Shown: positions 1-9,652 of the stretch, piece after piece
Numbering within the stretch: the stretch's first letter is position 1
How the letters are laid out: each line of letters opens with the position of its first letter
Assembly (NCBI GenBank): GCA_035607055.1
Contig: DATNDC010000191.1
Coordinates: 15,946-79,945, forward strand
Length of the DNA stretch: 64,000 nucleotides
Reading direction: 5' to 3'
Source of the DNA: Polyangia bacterium
GTDB taxonomy: Bacteria; Myxococcota_A; Polyangia; Fen-1088
Notes under the pieces: generated by a model
What the model was told of the DNA's origin: nothing
The model's input: only the letters and a program-made list of their open reading frames with translations
The model's database searches: none
Made by a program: the position numbers and the translations under genes

Positions 1-966
1 ATCGCGCTCGGCTTGACCCGGCTGGCGATGGTCCACATCGCCTGCAACGCCCTACTCCGCTGCTACCAGCTGCTGGTCTCGCCGTCCGTGGTGGCGCAGA
101 GACTTCGTCGCCAGGCCACCGCCGGTGCCGCAAGGTCCGATCGTCGCCGCTCTCCGTACGACCTGTTCCTGCCGAGCAAGTGGCGCCCCACCGTCTACGC
201 GTTCGCGATCTCCGAAGGATACTTCCGCGACGTCCTCAAGGCGGTCTGTTGGTTTCCGCTCCGACGGATCGGCGAAGCACTTCGACCCCGACGGACCCTG
301 CTCTTCGGCGCTGGCGCGATCGCAATAGTGGCAACCCTGGCCGCCGCGCGAGGAGCGACCCCCCTCGCGGACCTCGTGCTGTCCGGCGTTCTCGTGCTGC
401 TGGCCGTCGCCTTTTCGGCCTGCGGGCTCGCTCTCTGGCGCCGGCCCATGTTGGCGACCTCGGCGATCTGCGGGTCGAGCGTGCTGTCGGCAACGGCCAT
501 GTACGCCCTCGTGGCCGCCCATCATGTCTACGCGGCGTCGTTCTATGCGATGGGCGTCGGGCTCGCCTGTGCGCTCAGCTTGCTCGGCTTCGCGGTGGCG
601 GTCCGGGGTCAACGAGAGGTGGTGCGCTTCTCGGGCCTGGTGGGCGCTCGCCCCGCAGCCGCCTCCTTCGCCTTCCTGGGGGCCTTGGGCGTGGCTGGGT
701 TCCCGATGCTTCCGACGTTCTGGGGTGAAGATCTCCTGCTCCACGCCAGCCTCGGCGAAAGCCGGGGCGTGTCCATTTTGCTGGCGGGACTGCTGGCGCT
801 GAACGGCTACCTCGCAGTCCGGAACTTCGCCTTCACGTTCTTCGGCCCTGGCGGAGCAGAGTCCGAGGCGATCGACCTCGGCCGCCGTGATGCGGCAGTG
901 GCGCCCTTGCCTGCCTCCCCGCCCTCGCCAATCGTACGGGCGGGGGATAGCGCGCTTCGAACATGA
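1..966 (+). CDS. Polytopic membrane protein, 3' part of a gene entering from upstream (distantly NuoL/M/N-Mrp proton-conducting-transporter-like)
   Basis: Frame 1 is open from nt 1 to TGA 964-966, with no stop before the track start at nt 13. Several hydrophobic helices are present. The segment GFPMLPTFWGEDLLLH resembles the GxPPLxGFxSK helix of the NuoL/M/N family. Confidence 0.4.
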   Translation: MALGLTRLAMVHIACNALLRCYQLLVSPSVVAQRLRRQATAGAARSDRRRSPYDLFLPSKWRPTVYAFAISEGYFRDVLKAVCWFPLRRIGEALRPRRTLLFGAGAIAIVATLAAARGATPLADLVLSGVLVLLAVAFSACGLALWRRPMLATSAICGSSVLSATAMYALVAAHHVYAASFYAMGVGLACALSLLGFAVAVRGQREVVRFSGLVGARPAAASFAFLGALGVAGFPMLPTFWGEDLLLHASLGESRGVSILLAGLLALNGYLAVRNFAFTFFGPGGAESEAIDLGRRDAAVAPLPASPPSPIVRAGDSALRT

Positions 967-998
967 GTGTCCTCGAGGTCGTCGCCCTGGACACCTGT

Positions 999-2291
999 TC
1001 ACTTCAGCAGCGCGTAGCGGCTTCGCAACGTCTGAACCACCGGTTCGGTGTCGCGCCGGTCGATCATCTCGGCGAGCGAGGCGTCGAGATCGCGCGAGAA
1101 GCTCGCCGGCACCAAGCCCGACAGCGCCATCAGCAGCGGGCCCTTCTGCAACAGCGCATAGCTGCGTGCCAGCGCGGGATCATCGGCCACCGGTGGCACG
1201 TCGATTCGGGCCGACAGTGTTCGGCGCGCCTGACTGATCGCGCGCTGCCCTTCGACCGAACCGATGGTCGCCAACAGACGCGCGGCGGTCGCCCGGTTGC
1301 GGGCATCCACCGGGAGGGCGAACGCGTCGGCCGAGAACACGAACACCTCCGTTGTTCCGGGGAACGGAATCTCGTCGTAATCGACGCCCAGCTTCATTCG
1401 CGCCGCGATGAATGGCCCGCGCGCCCATTCGCCCATCACGGTCATCGCCGCCTCGCCGCGCACCACCTTCTCAACCGCCTGCTCCCAGGAGATCTGACGC
1501 TGGTCCGGATTCGCGAAAGCCAAGAGCTCGACCCCCGCCTGCAGCGTCCGGAGAACCCGCGGATCGGAGGGCGTCAGGCGTCCCGCGAAGAAATCACGGT
1601 AGAAGGCGGGCCCCTCACGGGACACCAGGAGGCACTCGAACACCAACAGGGACAGCGTCCATGGCTCGCTGCTGCCGACCGCGATCAGCGGCACGCCTCG
1701 CTCGCGTAGCTTCCTTCCCTGGGCGAGCAGATCGGCGACCGATGCCGGCTCGGCAAGGCCGAACTTGGCGAACACGTGCTTGTTGTAGAAGACGGTATTG
1801 TTGCGGTGGACGTTGGCAGGAACCCCGTAGATTCGACCCTTGTAGCTGACTTGCTCCAGCAACTCGGCGGGAATCGCCCTGCGCCACGACGCGATGTCAG
1901 CGACGACGTCGTCGAGGGGGACGACCTTGGACTCGAGCGCGTCGATGCCGTTGAACAGCACCCACTGCATCAGATCGTTGCCGACGTTCGCTTGAAAGGT
2001 GTCCGGCGGATCATTGCGCAGCATGCGCGCCCGCAACGCGTCGCGCGCCTCCCCCGAGGAGGCCGCCCGGGCGCTGATGATGAAGTCGTCGGGATTGCGG
2101 CGATGGTTGATGGCGGCCAGCGCGGTCAGCGGATCCGAGTCACCGATCCGTTCGGCCCAGCCAAACATCTCGATCGGTCGCTGGGCGCCCGTCCCGTCGT
2201 CAGCCGCCGGCGCGACGCCGGCGCCCGAGCGCCCGCACGCCGCCGAAGCGAACGCGAGGATCGCCGCCAGGCCCAATAACGGCCGCGTCAC
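999..2291 (-). CDS. ABC-type extracellular solute-binding lipoprotein (family 1, sugar-type); no permease or ATPase nearby
   Basis: Lipoprotein signal VTRPLLGLAAILAFASAACG. Length and composition are typical of family-1 SBPs. I prefer the GTG start at 2289-2291, which overlaps the kinase TGA (2288-2290) as GTGA; the track start at 2330 is the alternative. Confidence 0.75.
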   Translation of the reverse strand: MTRPLLGLAAILAFASAACGRSGAGVAPAADDGTGAQRPIEMFGWAERIGDSDPLTALAAINHRRNPDDFIISARAASSGEARDALRARMLRNDPPDTFQANVGNDLMQWVLFNGIDALESKVVPLDDVVADIASWRRAIPAELLEQVSYKGRIYGVPANVHRNNTVFYNKHVFAKFGLAEPASVADLLAQGRKLRERGVPLIAVGSSEPWTLSLLVFECLLVSREGPAFYRDFFAGRLTPSDPRVLRTLQAGVELLAFANPDQRQISWEQAVEKVVRGEAAMTVMGEWARGPFIAARMKLGVDYDEIPFPGTTEVFVFSADAFALPVDARNRATAARLLATIGSVEGQRAISQARRTLSARIDVPPVADDPALARSYALLQKGPLLMALSGLVPASFSRDLDASLAEMIDRRDTEPVVQTLRSRYALLK

Positions 2292-3997
2292 CGACAGACC
2301 CCGTTCCGGCAGATCTCGGGTGCCGCGCACGCGTGGCCGCAGGCCCCGCAGTTGGCGGCGTCATCGAGGGCGCTGACTTCGCAGCCGTCGGCCGCCACGC
2401 CGTTGCAGTCTCGATGACCCGGCTCGCAGCGCCAGATCGTGCAGTCGTCACCGCAACCCCGCTCGGCGTAAGGCAGCGGCGGGCATCTTCTCCCGCAGGC
2501 GCCACAATTGTCCGGGTCGGTGCGGACGTTGGTCTCGCACCCGTCCCGTCCGTCGCCGTTGCAGTCCTGGAAGCCGTGATAGCAGACGGCGATGTCGCAG
2601 GCGTGTGAACGATTGCATCGTGGTGTGGCATGGGGGACCGTGCAGGCATGACAGGCTTCGGTGCCACATCCACGATCGGGCCTGTCGATCGAGGCGCAGC
2701 CGTCTTGGCAGCGCTTGAATCCCGGCTCGCACGCCGCCGCCGCGCCCTCGCCCGCGGCCGCTCGCCCGGACGGATCGTGCGGCGACGCACCGCCGGAGCC
2801 GGCCCGCATCACGCCCGCGATCGATCCCATCGCGAGCAGGGCGATCCCCACCGCGGCGAGGAGCAGCGGGCGGACCTTCGATCGCCGCCGCGCCAGCGGC
2901 GCCGTCCTGGAAGCTGACCTCGCGCTCGATTCGCCGCCGTGGCCACTGGCCTCTTCGGAAGCCGCCCTACCGGTCAGCATCCGCGTGGGCTCCATCCCGG
3001 GATCGACGGCGGCCTGCTGGACGGAACGAACGTGGGATTGGACCAGGTGTTTGGCCGAGTCCTGCTCGACGTCGAAGCGATAGTGCATGAACACCGCGAC
3101 GTCTTCTGCGCCCACGCGGTCCGGCTGGCGCGAAAGATGGTCCTCGAGGTCCCGTTGCAGCCGCCCGGCCGTCGTATAGCGCTGATCGCAACCGGCCGCG
3201 ATGGCACGCGCGCAGATGGCCGCAAGATCGGCGGTCACATTCCCGTCGGGCGGCAACGGCGGAAGCTGCTTGGCGATCAGATCCGAGATCACCTCGTCGT
3301 CGGAAGCGTTGGCCCAGAAGCGCCTGCCAGCCAGGACCTCCCACAACGTGACCCCGACGGCGAAGACGTCGACCCGTCGATCCACCGGCAGGTGGAGGAA
3401 CTGCTCGGGGGCCATGTAACGAAGCTTTCCCTTCGTGGCTCCCGCCCGTGTCTCGATCTCCGACCCCTCCGCCTTCGCGATGCCGAAATCGAGCACTTTG
3501 ATCTGACCGTCGAACGTGACGAACATGTTGTGAGGCGAGGCATCGCGATGGACGAGGTTCAGCGGCGTGCCGTCGTAGTCGCGCAGATCGTGGGCGGCAT
3601 GCAGCCCGGCCAGCACCTTGGTGAGGATGTAGATGAGCACCGCCCGCGGCGCCGGCAGCCCGTCGTTCCACAAGATCGTCGACAGCGGCTTGCCCTCCAG
3701 GTACTCCATCACCATCGTCGGCGTCCCCTGGTAATCGCAGACCTCGTGGACTTGAACGACATTGGGATGCGCGATGCGCGCCGAGATCCGTGCCTCCTCC
3801 AGGAACATGCGGTGCGCTTCGGGGTTACCAACCAGCGACGGCCTCATCATCTTGAGGACGACCAGCTTGCTGAATCCCCGGGGGCCCTTCGCCAGCGCCA
3901 AATGGGCGACGCCCATGCCGCCGCGGCCAAGCTCCTTCAGAAGCTCGTATCGCGTGTCGGTCGCGGGCGTCAGGCTATCTGGCTTTTCCGAGCTCAT
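2288..3997 (-). CDS. Membrane-anchored Ser/Thr protein kinase with extracytoplasmic Cys-rich repeat domain
   Basis: Hanks kinase motifs GRGGMG, VVLKMM, HRDASPHN, DFGIAK and YMAPE. One TM segment (LLLAAVGIALLAMGSIAGV). The C-terminal roughly 150 aa carry repeats of DCNGxxxDGCE...NCGACGxxC. Confidence 0.9.
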   Translation of the reverse strand: MSSEKPDSLTPATDTRYELLKELGRGGMGVAHLALAKGPRGFSKLVVLKMMRPSLVGNPEAHRMFLEEARISARIAHPNVVQVHEVCDYQGTPTMVMEYLEGKPLSTILWNDGLPAPRAVLIYILTKVLAGLHAAHDLRDYDGTPLNLVHRDASPHNMFVTFDGQIKVLDFGIAKAEGSEIETRAGATKGKLRYMAPEQFLHLPVDRRVDVFAVGVTLWEVLAGRRFWANASDDEVISDLIAKQLPPLPPDGNVTADLAAICARAIAAGCDQRYTTAGRLQRDLEDHLSRQPDRVGAEDVAVFMHYRFDVEQDSAKHLVQSHVRSVQQAAVDPGMEPTRMLTGRAASEEASGHGGESSARSASRTAPLARRRSKVRPLLLAAVGIALLAMGSIAGVMRAGSGGASPHDPSGRAAAGEGAAAACEPGFKRCQDGCASIDRPDRGCGTEACHACTVPHATPRCNRSHACDIAVCYHGFQDCNGDGRDGCETNVRTDPDNCGACGRRCPPLPYAERGCGDDCTIWRCEPGHRDCNGVAADGCEVSALDDAANCGACGHACAAPEICRNGVCR

Positions 3998-4185
3998 TTC
4001 GGGCGGCGGCTTCTGCTGAAGCGGATCGTCATCAGGCGCGCACCGCCCGGGCCCAGCACAAACAAGCGATGGACTGCCGAGCGGTATATCGGCAGCTCGC
4101 CACCTGAAGCTAAAGCGTCACGGGCAAAGTGCCGAACGCGATGTTGGCGCCCGTCCAAGAGGCCTGATCCGTGGCCGTCCAGGCG

Positions 4186-5949
4186 TCACGCCGCGTGAGC
4201 CTGGTTAGAAATCAGCCAGTGCCGCAGATACTTACCTACGCCGTCCAGGCGGCGTCCCGCACAGCGGAAGGCGATATAGCCGTCGGGTCTGACGAGGTAC
4301 TGACCGCTTTCCCCGTTTCGAATGCCAAGCCGGAAGAGAGCGTCGCCAGAGGGGTCAAAGAAAACTCCTGGACGCTCCTCGTGGCTGAGATACCGCGCAA
4401 CGAGCGTGTTGGGGAATCTGGTGATGAGACCGTCAACGAGGCCCGTGTCCCACCCGTCAACGCCCCCGCATAACAGGAGGTGAAAGGCCGGGCCCGACAA
4501 CTCCTCCTGGAGGTGAGTGGCACGACCGTCACGCCGAATGGTCGCGTCGGGCAGTCGATCGCCAGGACGGGGGCCCATCTTGGGCCTCTGGGGTCCTTCG
4601 GTCACTGCCGGACTTTTCGGGTACGAGATGGCGAGCTCCGAGACGAACCGGAATGCCCAGGCTCGGACTCGTTCTCGGCGGAACACCAGGGGGAGAATCC
4701 GCGCGACGACGGTTCGTCTGAACCAAGACGCGAGAGCGCCGCCCGACATCACACGCACGAAGAAACCGAAGAAGCGATCGGTGTACCGGAGCAGTCTCCG
4801 GCCGATCGGCCACCGCTCCGCCTCGTACGTGTCGAGGAGCTTCGCTTCCGCGCGACCGAGCACCACGAGCGCCAGCTTCCATCCCAGGTTCCAGGCGTCC
4901 TGCATGCCTGTGTTCATCCCCTGGGCGCCGACCGGGCTATGGATGTGCGCGGCGTCGCCGGCCAGAAACATTCGCCCCTTGCGATACCGGCGTGCCTGGC
5001 GATGGTGGAGGCGAAAGTGTGTCAGCCACGCCGGGTCACGCAAGTGCACGGTGCCGCCGGTGGCATCGTCGACGTCGCGCTGGAGCTCGTCGAGAGTCAG
5101 CTCTCCGCGCGTCACGGACTCCTCACTCTGCGCTGCCCCCCCGGCGTCGGGCGCACGCGCCGCTCCCGGTCCGATGGCGATCACGCGCCAGGCGGCCGGC
5201 GAACGAAGCGGGAAGAACATCGCGACGTGGCCCTTGGCAGCGAAGGCGTGGAGCACGTCGGCTTCGATCGAGCCGTCCGCGTCGACGTCACCGAGCATGA
5301 AGTCCTGGAGGTACGCCTCCCCCTCGAAAGGAATCGCGGCCTGCTTCCGGACTGCGCTGTGCGCGCCGTCGCAACCGACGAGGTAGTCCGCTCGCACCGC
5401 TTCCGTTCGGCCGTCCCCGTGTCGGAGCACGCATCGCACCGACGCATCGTCTGGCGTCGAGCTGAGCAGCTCGACGCCTCGCTCAACCTGGACTCCGGAC
5501 CGCTCGAGATGCTCGCCCAGCAAGGCCTCGGTTTCAGCTTGGGAGACGAACAGAATGAACGGGAACCGCGTATCCACCGCCCCGAGCCCGCCGAGTTGGA
5601 CCCGCGCCGCGCCACGACCCTCGAAGTGCAGCGCCAACCGCGCGCTCGGATTTCCGCGCACGACCAGAGCCTCGCCGAGGCCGAAACTCTGGAGCACCTC
5701 GAGCGTTCGTGCCTGGACTGCCAGCGCCCGAGATTCGTGCGCCTGATTCGGCGTCCGTTCGACGATGCGGAATCTCACGCCGAACGACTTCAGCTGCGCG
5801 GCGAGCGTGAGCCCGGTCGGCCCCGCGCCCACGATCAGGACCTCGACGGCGCTCTCTGCCGCCGCCGGCGACCCGGTCAGATCCACGTCAGCGCCCACAG
5901 CAGCACGAAGAACGTCAGGACCTGCAGCGCGGCACGGACGGCGTGCCAT
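4186..5949 (-). CDS. FAD-dependent aromatic-ring monooxygenase (PHBH fold, long form with C-terminal extension)
   Basis: VLIVGAGPTGLTLAAQL (GxGxxG) and GDAAHIHSPVGAQGMNTGMQDAWNLGWKL (FAD/DG motifs). An alternative GTG start at 5884-5886 overlaps the upstream gene stop by only 10 nt. Confidence 0.85.
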   Translation of the reverse strand: MARRPCRAAGPDVLRAAVGADVDLTGSPAAAESAVEVLIVGAGPTGLTLAAQLKSFGVRFRIVERTPNQAHESRALAVQARTLEVLQSFGLGEALVVRGNPSARLALHFEGRGAARVQLGGLGAVDTRFPFILFVSQAETEALLGEHLERSGVQVERGVELLSSTPDDASVRCVLRHGDGRTEAVRADYLVGCDGAHSAVRKQAAIPFEGEAYLQDFMLGDVDADGSIEADVLHAFAAKGHVAMFFPLRSPAAWRVIAIGPGAARAPDAGGAAQSEESVTRGELTLDELQRDVDDATGGTVHLRDPAWLTHFRLHHRQARRYRKGRMFLAGDAAHIHSPVGAQGMNTGMQDAWNLGWKLALVVLGRAEAKLLDTYEAERWPIGRRLLRYTDRFFGFFVRVMSGGALASWFRRTVVARILPLVFRRERVRAWAFRFVSELAISYPKSPAVTEGPQRPKMGPRPGDRLPDATIRRDGRATHLQEELSGPAFHLLLCGGVDGWDTGLVDGLITRFPNTLVARYLSHEERPGVFFDPSGDALFRLGIRNGESGQYLVRPDGYIAFRCAGRRLDGVGKYLRHWLISNQAHAA

Positions 5950-6353
5950 CGCGCGAACGCGTCGAGTCGTTTTCCCAGGATGCCGGCGTCGTCCGGTTCG
6001 CGGCCGATGCCGAGCATGATCGGCGCCGCCTTCGCCGTGGTGACGAAGTGAAGCACGCTCGCCAGAGAGGCGACCAAGAGCGGCAGCGTTGCTCTCGCCG
6101 ACGATCGACCGCCGTAGGCAACCAGCGTCGCTGCCCAGGTGAGAAGAGCGGCCGCGATCGCGACCGCGGGATAGACCACCCGACCGTTTCCAAGATCCGC
6201 TCCGCGCGCGAACGCCGCGTACTCGACCGGGCCAATCCGGCGCCGGGCTGGAAGCTTCACCAGCGCCACCTCCAGGCTCAGCCCCGCCAGGAGCCCGTTC
6301 GCGGCCGCCGCCAGAACGGTGAGCGCGCCAGGAAGAGTGCCAGGAAGCGTCAT
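5877..6353 (-). CDS. DUF1772 / anthrone-oxygenase-like small membrane protein
   Basis: 158 aa with four hydrophobic helices; the sequence looks like DUF1772. Its ATG (6351-6353) overlaps the tetR TGA (6350-6352) as ATGA. Confidence 0.6.
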   Translation of the reverse strand: MTLPGTLPGALTVLAAAANGLLAGLSLEVALVKLPARRRIGPVEYAAFARGADLGNGRVVYPAVAIAAALLTWAATLVAYGGRSSARATLPLLVASLASVLHFVTTAKAAPIMLGIGREPDDAGILGKRLDAFARWHAVRAALQVLTFFVLLWALTWI

Positions 6354-7000
6354 GGAGCCTTTCGCGAGCGGCGGAGGATCGACCGCCGCCTCCCTGGGGG
6401 CGAGTCGCCGCCGAACAGCGCAGTGACCTGACGTTTGAGCTCTGTCCGCAGAGCGGGCGAATCGGCGCCCACCAACTTCGAGGTCAGTGGGTAGGCGATG
6501 AAATAGAACTGCATCGCTCCGACCAGAAGGAGAGCCGACATCCGCGGATCCAGCTCCGCCTCAGGGGTCCCCTTGCGCGCATCGTGAAACCGTTCCGCGA
6601 GCGCGCCGATCACCCGCTCGATGGGGGGGATGAGCTTCGGCAGCAGGCGACTTCCGTGCTGGATGACCTCCCGGTGCGCGATCCGAAGGAGCTCCGCATC
6701 TTCGGCGAAGTGGTCGATGGCGTGGTCGATGAACCCTGCAACCTGCTCGGCGGCGCTCCCGGAGCCTTCCAGCGCCGCTGCCACACGCGGCCCCTCACCT
6801 TGCATTTCAGACTCCAAGACCGCGATCAGCAGGCCCTCCTTCGAACCGAAGTAGTGGTTGATGAGGGCGAGGTTGCAGCCCGCCTCGGCCGCGATCTGAC
6901 GGGTCGATGTCCCCGAGAACCCCTGCCGGCTGAACAGCTTTCGGCCCACCAGCAAGAGCTGTTCCCGGCTGTTGGTTCGGCGCTTGGCGCTCACAGCCAC
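6350..7000 (-). CDS. TetR/AcrR family transcriptional regulator
   Basis: N-terminal HTH REQLLLVGRKLFSRQGFSGTSTRQIAAEAGCNLALINHYFGSKEGLL. GTG start at 6998-7000. Confidence 0.9.
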   Translation of the reverse strand: MAVSAKRRTNSREQLLLVGRKLFSRQGFSGTSTRQIAAEAGCNLALINHYFGSKEGLLIAVLESEMQGEGPRVAAALEGSGSAAEQVAGFIDHAIDHFAEDAELLRIAHREVIQHGSRLLPKLIPPIERVIGALAERFHDARKGTPEAELDPRMSALLLVGAMQFYFIAYPLTSKLVGADSPALRTELKRQVTALFGGDSPPGRRRSILRRSRKAP

Positions 7001-7004
7001 ATTG

Positions 7005-7022
7005 TAATCAATCGATTGATTA
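7005..7022. promoter_or_regulatory. Perfect 18-bp palindrome TAATCAATCGATTGATTA, candidate TetR operator
   Basis: The palindrome is AT-rich in a GC-rich background. It begins 5 nt upstream of the tetR start and lies 50 nt upstream of the divergent gene at 7073. Confidence 0.55.
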
Positions 7023-7072
7023 ACACAAGGAGCAGGCGTACGGTACGCGGGTCGGTAACGGGAGATGCCGAG

Positions 7073-7597
7073 ATGCTGAGCGCCGGACTTGCCCTACCTC
7101 TTGCGCTGATCGTCGCGGCCGCGCAGCTCTCCCCGCGGCTGCCGAGGACCGAAGCTGAGACGGCGTCGGAGAAGGCCATCGTGTTGCCGGACGCCGCAGC
7201 GGGACGGGTCGCCGTTCTGATCGTCGGTTTCAGCAAGAAGTCGAGCGAGGTGACGGAGCGGTGGGAGAAGAGCGTCTTTCAAGATCTCGGGACCGGCGGC
7301 CGCGTCGCGATCTTTCGGGTCGCCGTGCTCGAATCGGCACCGAGGATCTTGCGGGGATTCATCCGGAGCGGGATTGAGAAGAACGTCCCGAAGGAGAAAC
7401 GCGACAGCTTCGTCCTCCTGTTCCACGACGAGGCGGAATGGAAGAAACTCGTCCATTTCGCGGACCCCGACGAGGCGTACCTGGTCGTGCTCGACGCGGA
7501 CGGCGGCGTACGCTGGGTCGGCCACGGCAACCCTGACGCCCCCGGCACCGCTAACCTAAAAGCTCAGGTCGACTCGCTCCTGCGTCGGGGCCGCTAG
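7073..7597 (+). CDS. Exported or anchored hypothetical protein (thioredoxin-fold-like, no CxxC)
   Basis: ATG at 7073 is in frame with track ORF 6584..7597. Hydrophobic N-terminus MLSAGLALPLALIVAAAQL. It is divergent from tetR. Confidence 0.5.
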   Translation: MLSAGLALPLALIVAAAQLSPRLPRTEAETASEKAIVLPDAAAGRVAVLIVGFSKKSSEVTERWEKSVFQDLGTGGRVAIFRVAVLESAPRILRGFIRSGIEKNVPKEKRDSFVLLFHDEAEWKKLVHFADPDEAYLVVLDADGGVRWVGHGNPDAPGTANLKAQVDSLLRRGR

Positions 7598-7799
7598 AGA
7601 AGTCCCTCGGGGGCAGTCAGGTTTACATGTCGCAAGGACGCCCTAGGATGGAAGCCTCGGACGTCGCGCAGATCAGCGCCTGGATCCAAGCCGGAGCGCA
7701 GAACGACTGAGCGCGAGGTGCAGGTTCCTCTGACTGCTCCTTCGTCTGCCGGCCACTCGCTTCTTGAAGCGGTCCTGACCGGCCTTGGTAGCATTCCGT

Positions 7800-9389
7800 C
7801 TACTCGTCGGCGCCGGAGTCGCTCTGGCGTGTCCCGCGGCCATCCCCCGAAGAGCCCGGGTCGCCGCCTTGGTCGCTCTCCTCGTCGTCGGACGTCCCCT
7901 TCCGCGGACGGCCGTTCGACTGGGGAGGCGGTGGTGGAGGTGGGGCTTCGCCTTCGGGCGGCGGGGCGCTGGGGACGCCGAGCAGAACTGCGATGCCCGC
8001 GGTGAAGGCGAACGACTGATCGACCGCGCCGCCGGCCACGACCGGATCGCCCACCTGCGAATGCATCGCATACCAGTACCGGCGCCACTCCAGACCGGCG
8101 CGCAGCTCGAAGGTCTCGCTGAGAGCGTAGCGGGCCACGACGTTGGCGTCCGCACCCGCCACCGTCAGGTGCGGGAAAGCGTCCTGCGAGATCTGGGACC
8201 CGCCACCGTTGTGGATGTAGCGGTAACCGGCACCGAACGAGACGCCGATCCCGTCGGCGATCGTCAGGTGCATCCCCGTTCCGAGGCGGGTGTAGTGGTA
8301 GATGGTGTCGGGAGTCGGCAGGTTCGACCGGTTGGGGCCGCTGAAGGTGAAACCGTCCTCACCGAACGTCAGAGAGAAGAAGACGTCGTCGCTGGTCGCG
8401 AACGGCACCCGGTACCTGAAGCCGGCGGCGTACTCGTGCGCGCTCTCGCTGTAGCTCGCGCCGTTCCAGGTGACGGACGGAATCCCGACGCCTTGTTGGA
8501 TCGTCGCCTCCACTCCGAAATTCCCGACCTTTCCAGCGACCCAGGGAAATGCCACCACGTTCGCGACGAGGATCGGCCCCAGGCCCAGGCTGTAAGGGTG
8601 CAGGAGCGGGGAGCCTTGGATGGAGACGTTCTGATTGAACGTCAGGCTGCGGTTCAAGCCGCCCGCGCCGAGCTCGACGTCGAGCCAGGGATTTCCCGGC
8701 GGCAGCGTCCGCGGAGCGGCCTCTTCCGGCGCCTCGTCTTCCATGCGAAGTCTCCGCTTCTTCTTCGCTTTCTGGGGAGGAGCGGCCTCGCCCGATTCGC
8801 TCTCCGCCCTCGGCTCGCCTTCGGCCACGCTCCCATGGCTCTTGGCGGGTGGCGCCGCAGACGTCTGCGGCGTCCGCTTGGCGCCGACCGGCAAGCGCCC
8901 GCGTTCTATGTCCGGGCCAAGCTTCTTCCAAAAAGTGAGCCCCACCTCGTCCGCGACCTTGCGCGGGTTGCTGCCACTGAATGAGGCGTCGCCTAGAATC
9001 GATCCGTCGGCTCCGTCGCGGACGACAATCTTCGCGCGCCTCGGTCCCACCTCCCCGGTCACGACCGCCGACAGCGCCAGCTCCTTGGCCAGGGTCTCGA
9101 GGTCGTCGTCCGATTCGAGGCCGATGCCATCGAGAGCCATCGCCTCGAGCAGGTCGCTCGAGCGCACCAGCTCGAAGCCATGCGCCTGCAGCACTTGCAT
9201 GACCTTCGCCCGAACCACCGGCCCTTGCGCCCCGTCGAACTCCGGAACGCCGATCCTCTTGCCTGCCGCCTCGGCGCTGGCCGGCACCGACACCGACACA
9301 ATGAACAGCGCCATCGCCGCAGCCCACCGACACCGCGGAAAGGAGCCCGAATTGTGTGGAACCAACGGCAGTCGCCTGCTCTGCCTCAA
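7800..9389 (-). CDS. Secreted hypothetical protein with a beta-strand-rich (outer-membrane-barrel-like) C-terminal half and a Pro/acidic tail
   Basis: Signal-like AAMALFIVSVSVPASAEA. The C-terminal half shows alternating aromatic/Gly strands (GAGYRYIHNGGG, ELRAGLEWRRYWY). An alternative ATG lies at 9314. Confidence 0.6.
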   Translation of the reverse strand: MRQSRRLPLVPHNSGSFPRCRWAAAMALFIVSVSVPASAEAAGKRIGVPEFDGAQGPVVRAKVMQVLQAHGFELVRSSDLLEAMALDGIGLESDDDLETLAKELALSAVVTGEVGPRRAKIVVRDGADGSILGDASFSGSNPRKVADEVGLTFWKKLGPDIERGRLPVGAKRTPQTSAAPPAKSHGSVAEGEPRAESESGEAAPPQKAKKKRRLRMEDEAPEEAAPRTLPPGNPWLDVELGAGGLNRSLTFNQNVSIQGSPLLHPYSLGLGPILVANVVAFPWVAGKVGNFGVEATIQQGVGIPSVTWNGASYSESAHEYAAGFRYRVPFATSDDVFFSLTFGEDGFTFSGPNRSNLPTPDTIYHYTRLGTGMHLTIADGIGVSFGAGYRYIHNGGGSQISQDAFPHLTVAGADANVVARYALSETFELRAGLEWRRYWYAMHSQVGDPVVAGGAVDQSFAFTAGIAVLLGVPSAPPPEGEAPPPPPPPQSNGRPRKGTSDDEESDQGGDPGSSGDGRGTRQSDSGADE

Positions 9390-9590
9390 GCCGCTCCCAT
9401 CGGTATCGCGAAAAACAGCGTCGGTCGTTGCCCCCCAGGCGTCGCTGGTCGTCGCGAAGGTAGATCGAGCGGCTCGAGCTGGCCGCTGCCGCTGGACACA
9501 CCGCTCGCCAGTAGTTTCATCGAGATCCGATCGGGCGGCGAGACCGGCATTGGCGTCCGGCGAGCCACACCTCCGCTCGCTGGACTACCC

Positions 9591-9622
9591 AGTACCGCCA
9601 AGCTCTGGAAAGCAGGCAGGGG
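9591..9622 (-). promoter_or_regulatory. Bipartite motif copy 1: CCCCTGCCTGCTTTC-N11-GGTACT (minus-strand reading)
   Basis: One of three copies with identical N11 spacing. It lies 201 nt upstream of the 9389 start. See the finding for details. Confidence 0.4.
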
Positions 9623-9652
9623 TCGAACGACTTTGCTGCCCGGGCATTTCCG

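Noticed and set aside
9386-9601. 71-aa minus-strand ORF in the long leader between motif copy 1 and the 7800..9389 gene
   Set aside because: It would start upstream of the proposed -10 element. It is Pro/Gly/Ser-rich, has no SD and overlaps the downstream gene start. It is more likely non-coding leader.
9607-9651. Possible structured RNA (GGAAA...GGCAG...CTGCC...TTTCC) within motif copy 1
   Set aside because: The homologous copy at 13833-13888 keeps only the outer GGAAA/TTTCC pairing and loses the inner GGCAG/CTGCC stem, so there is no covariation support. The block conservation fits DNA-binding or promoter elements better.
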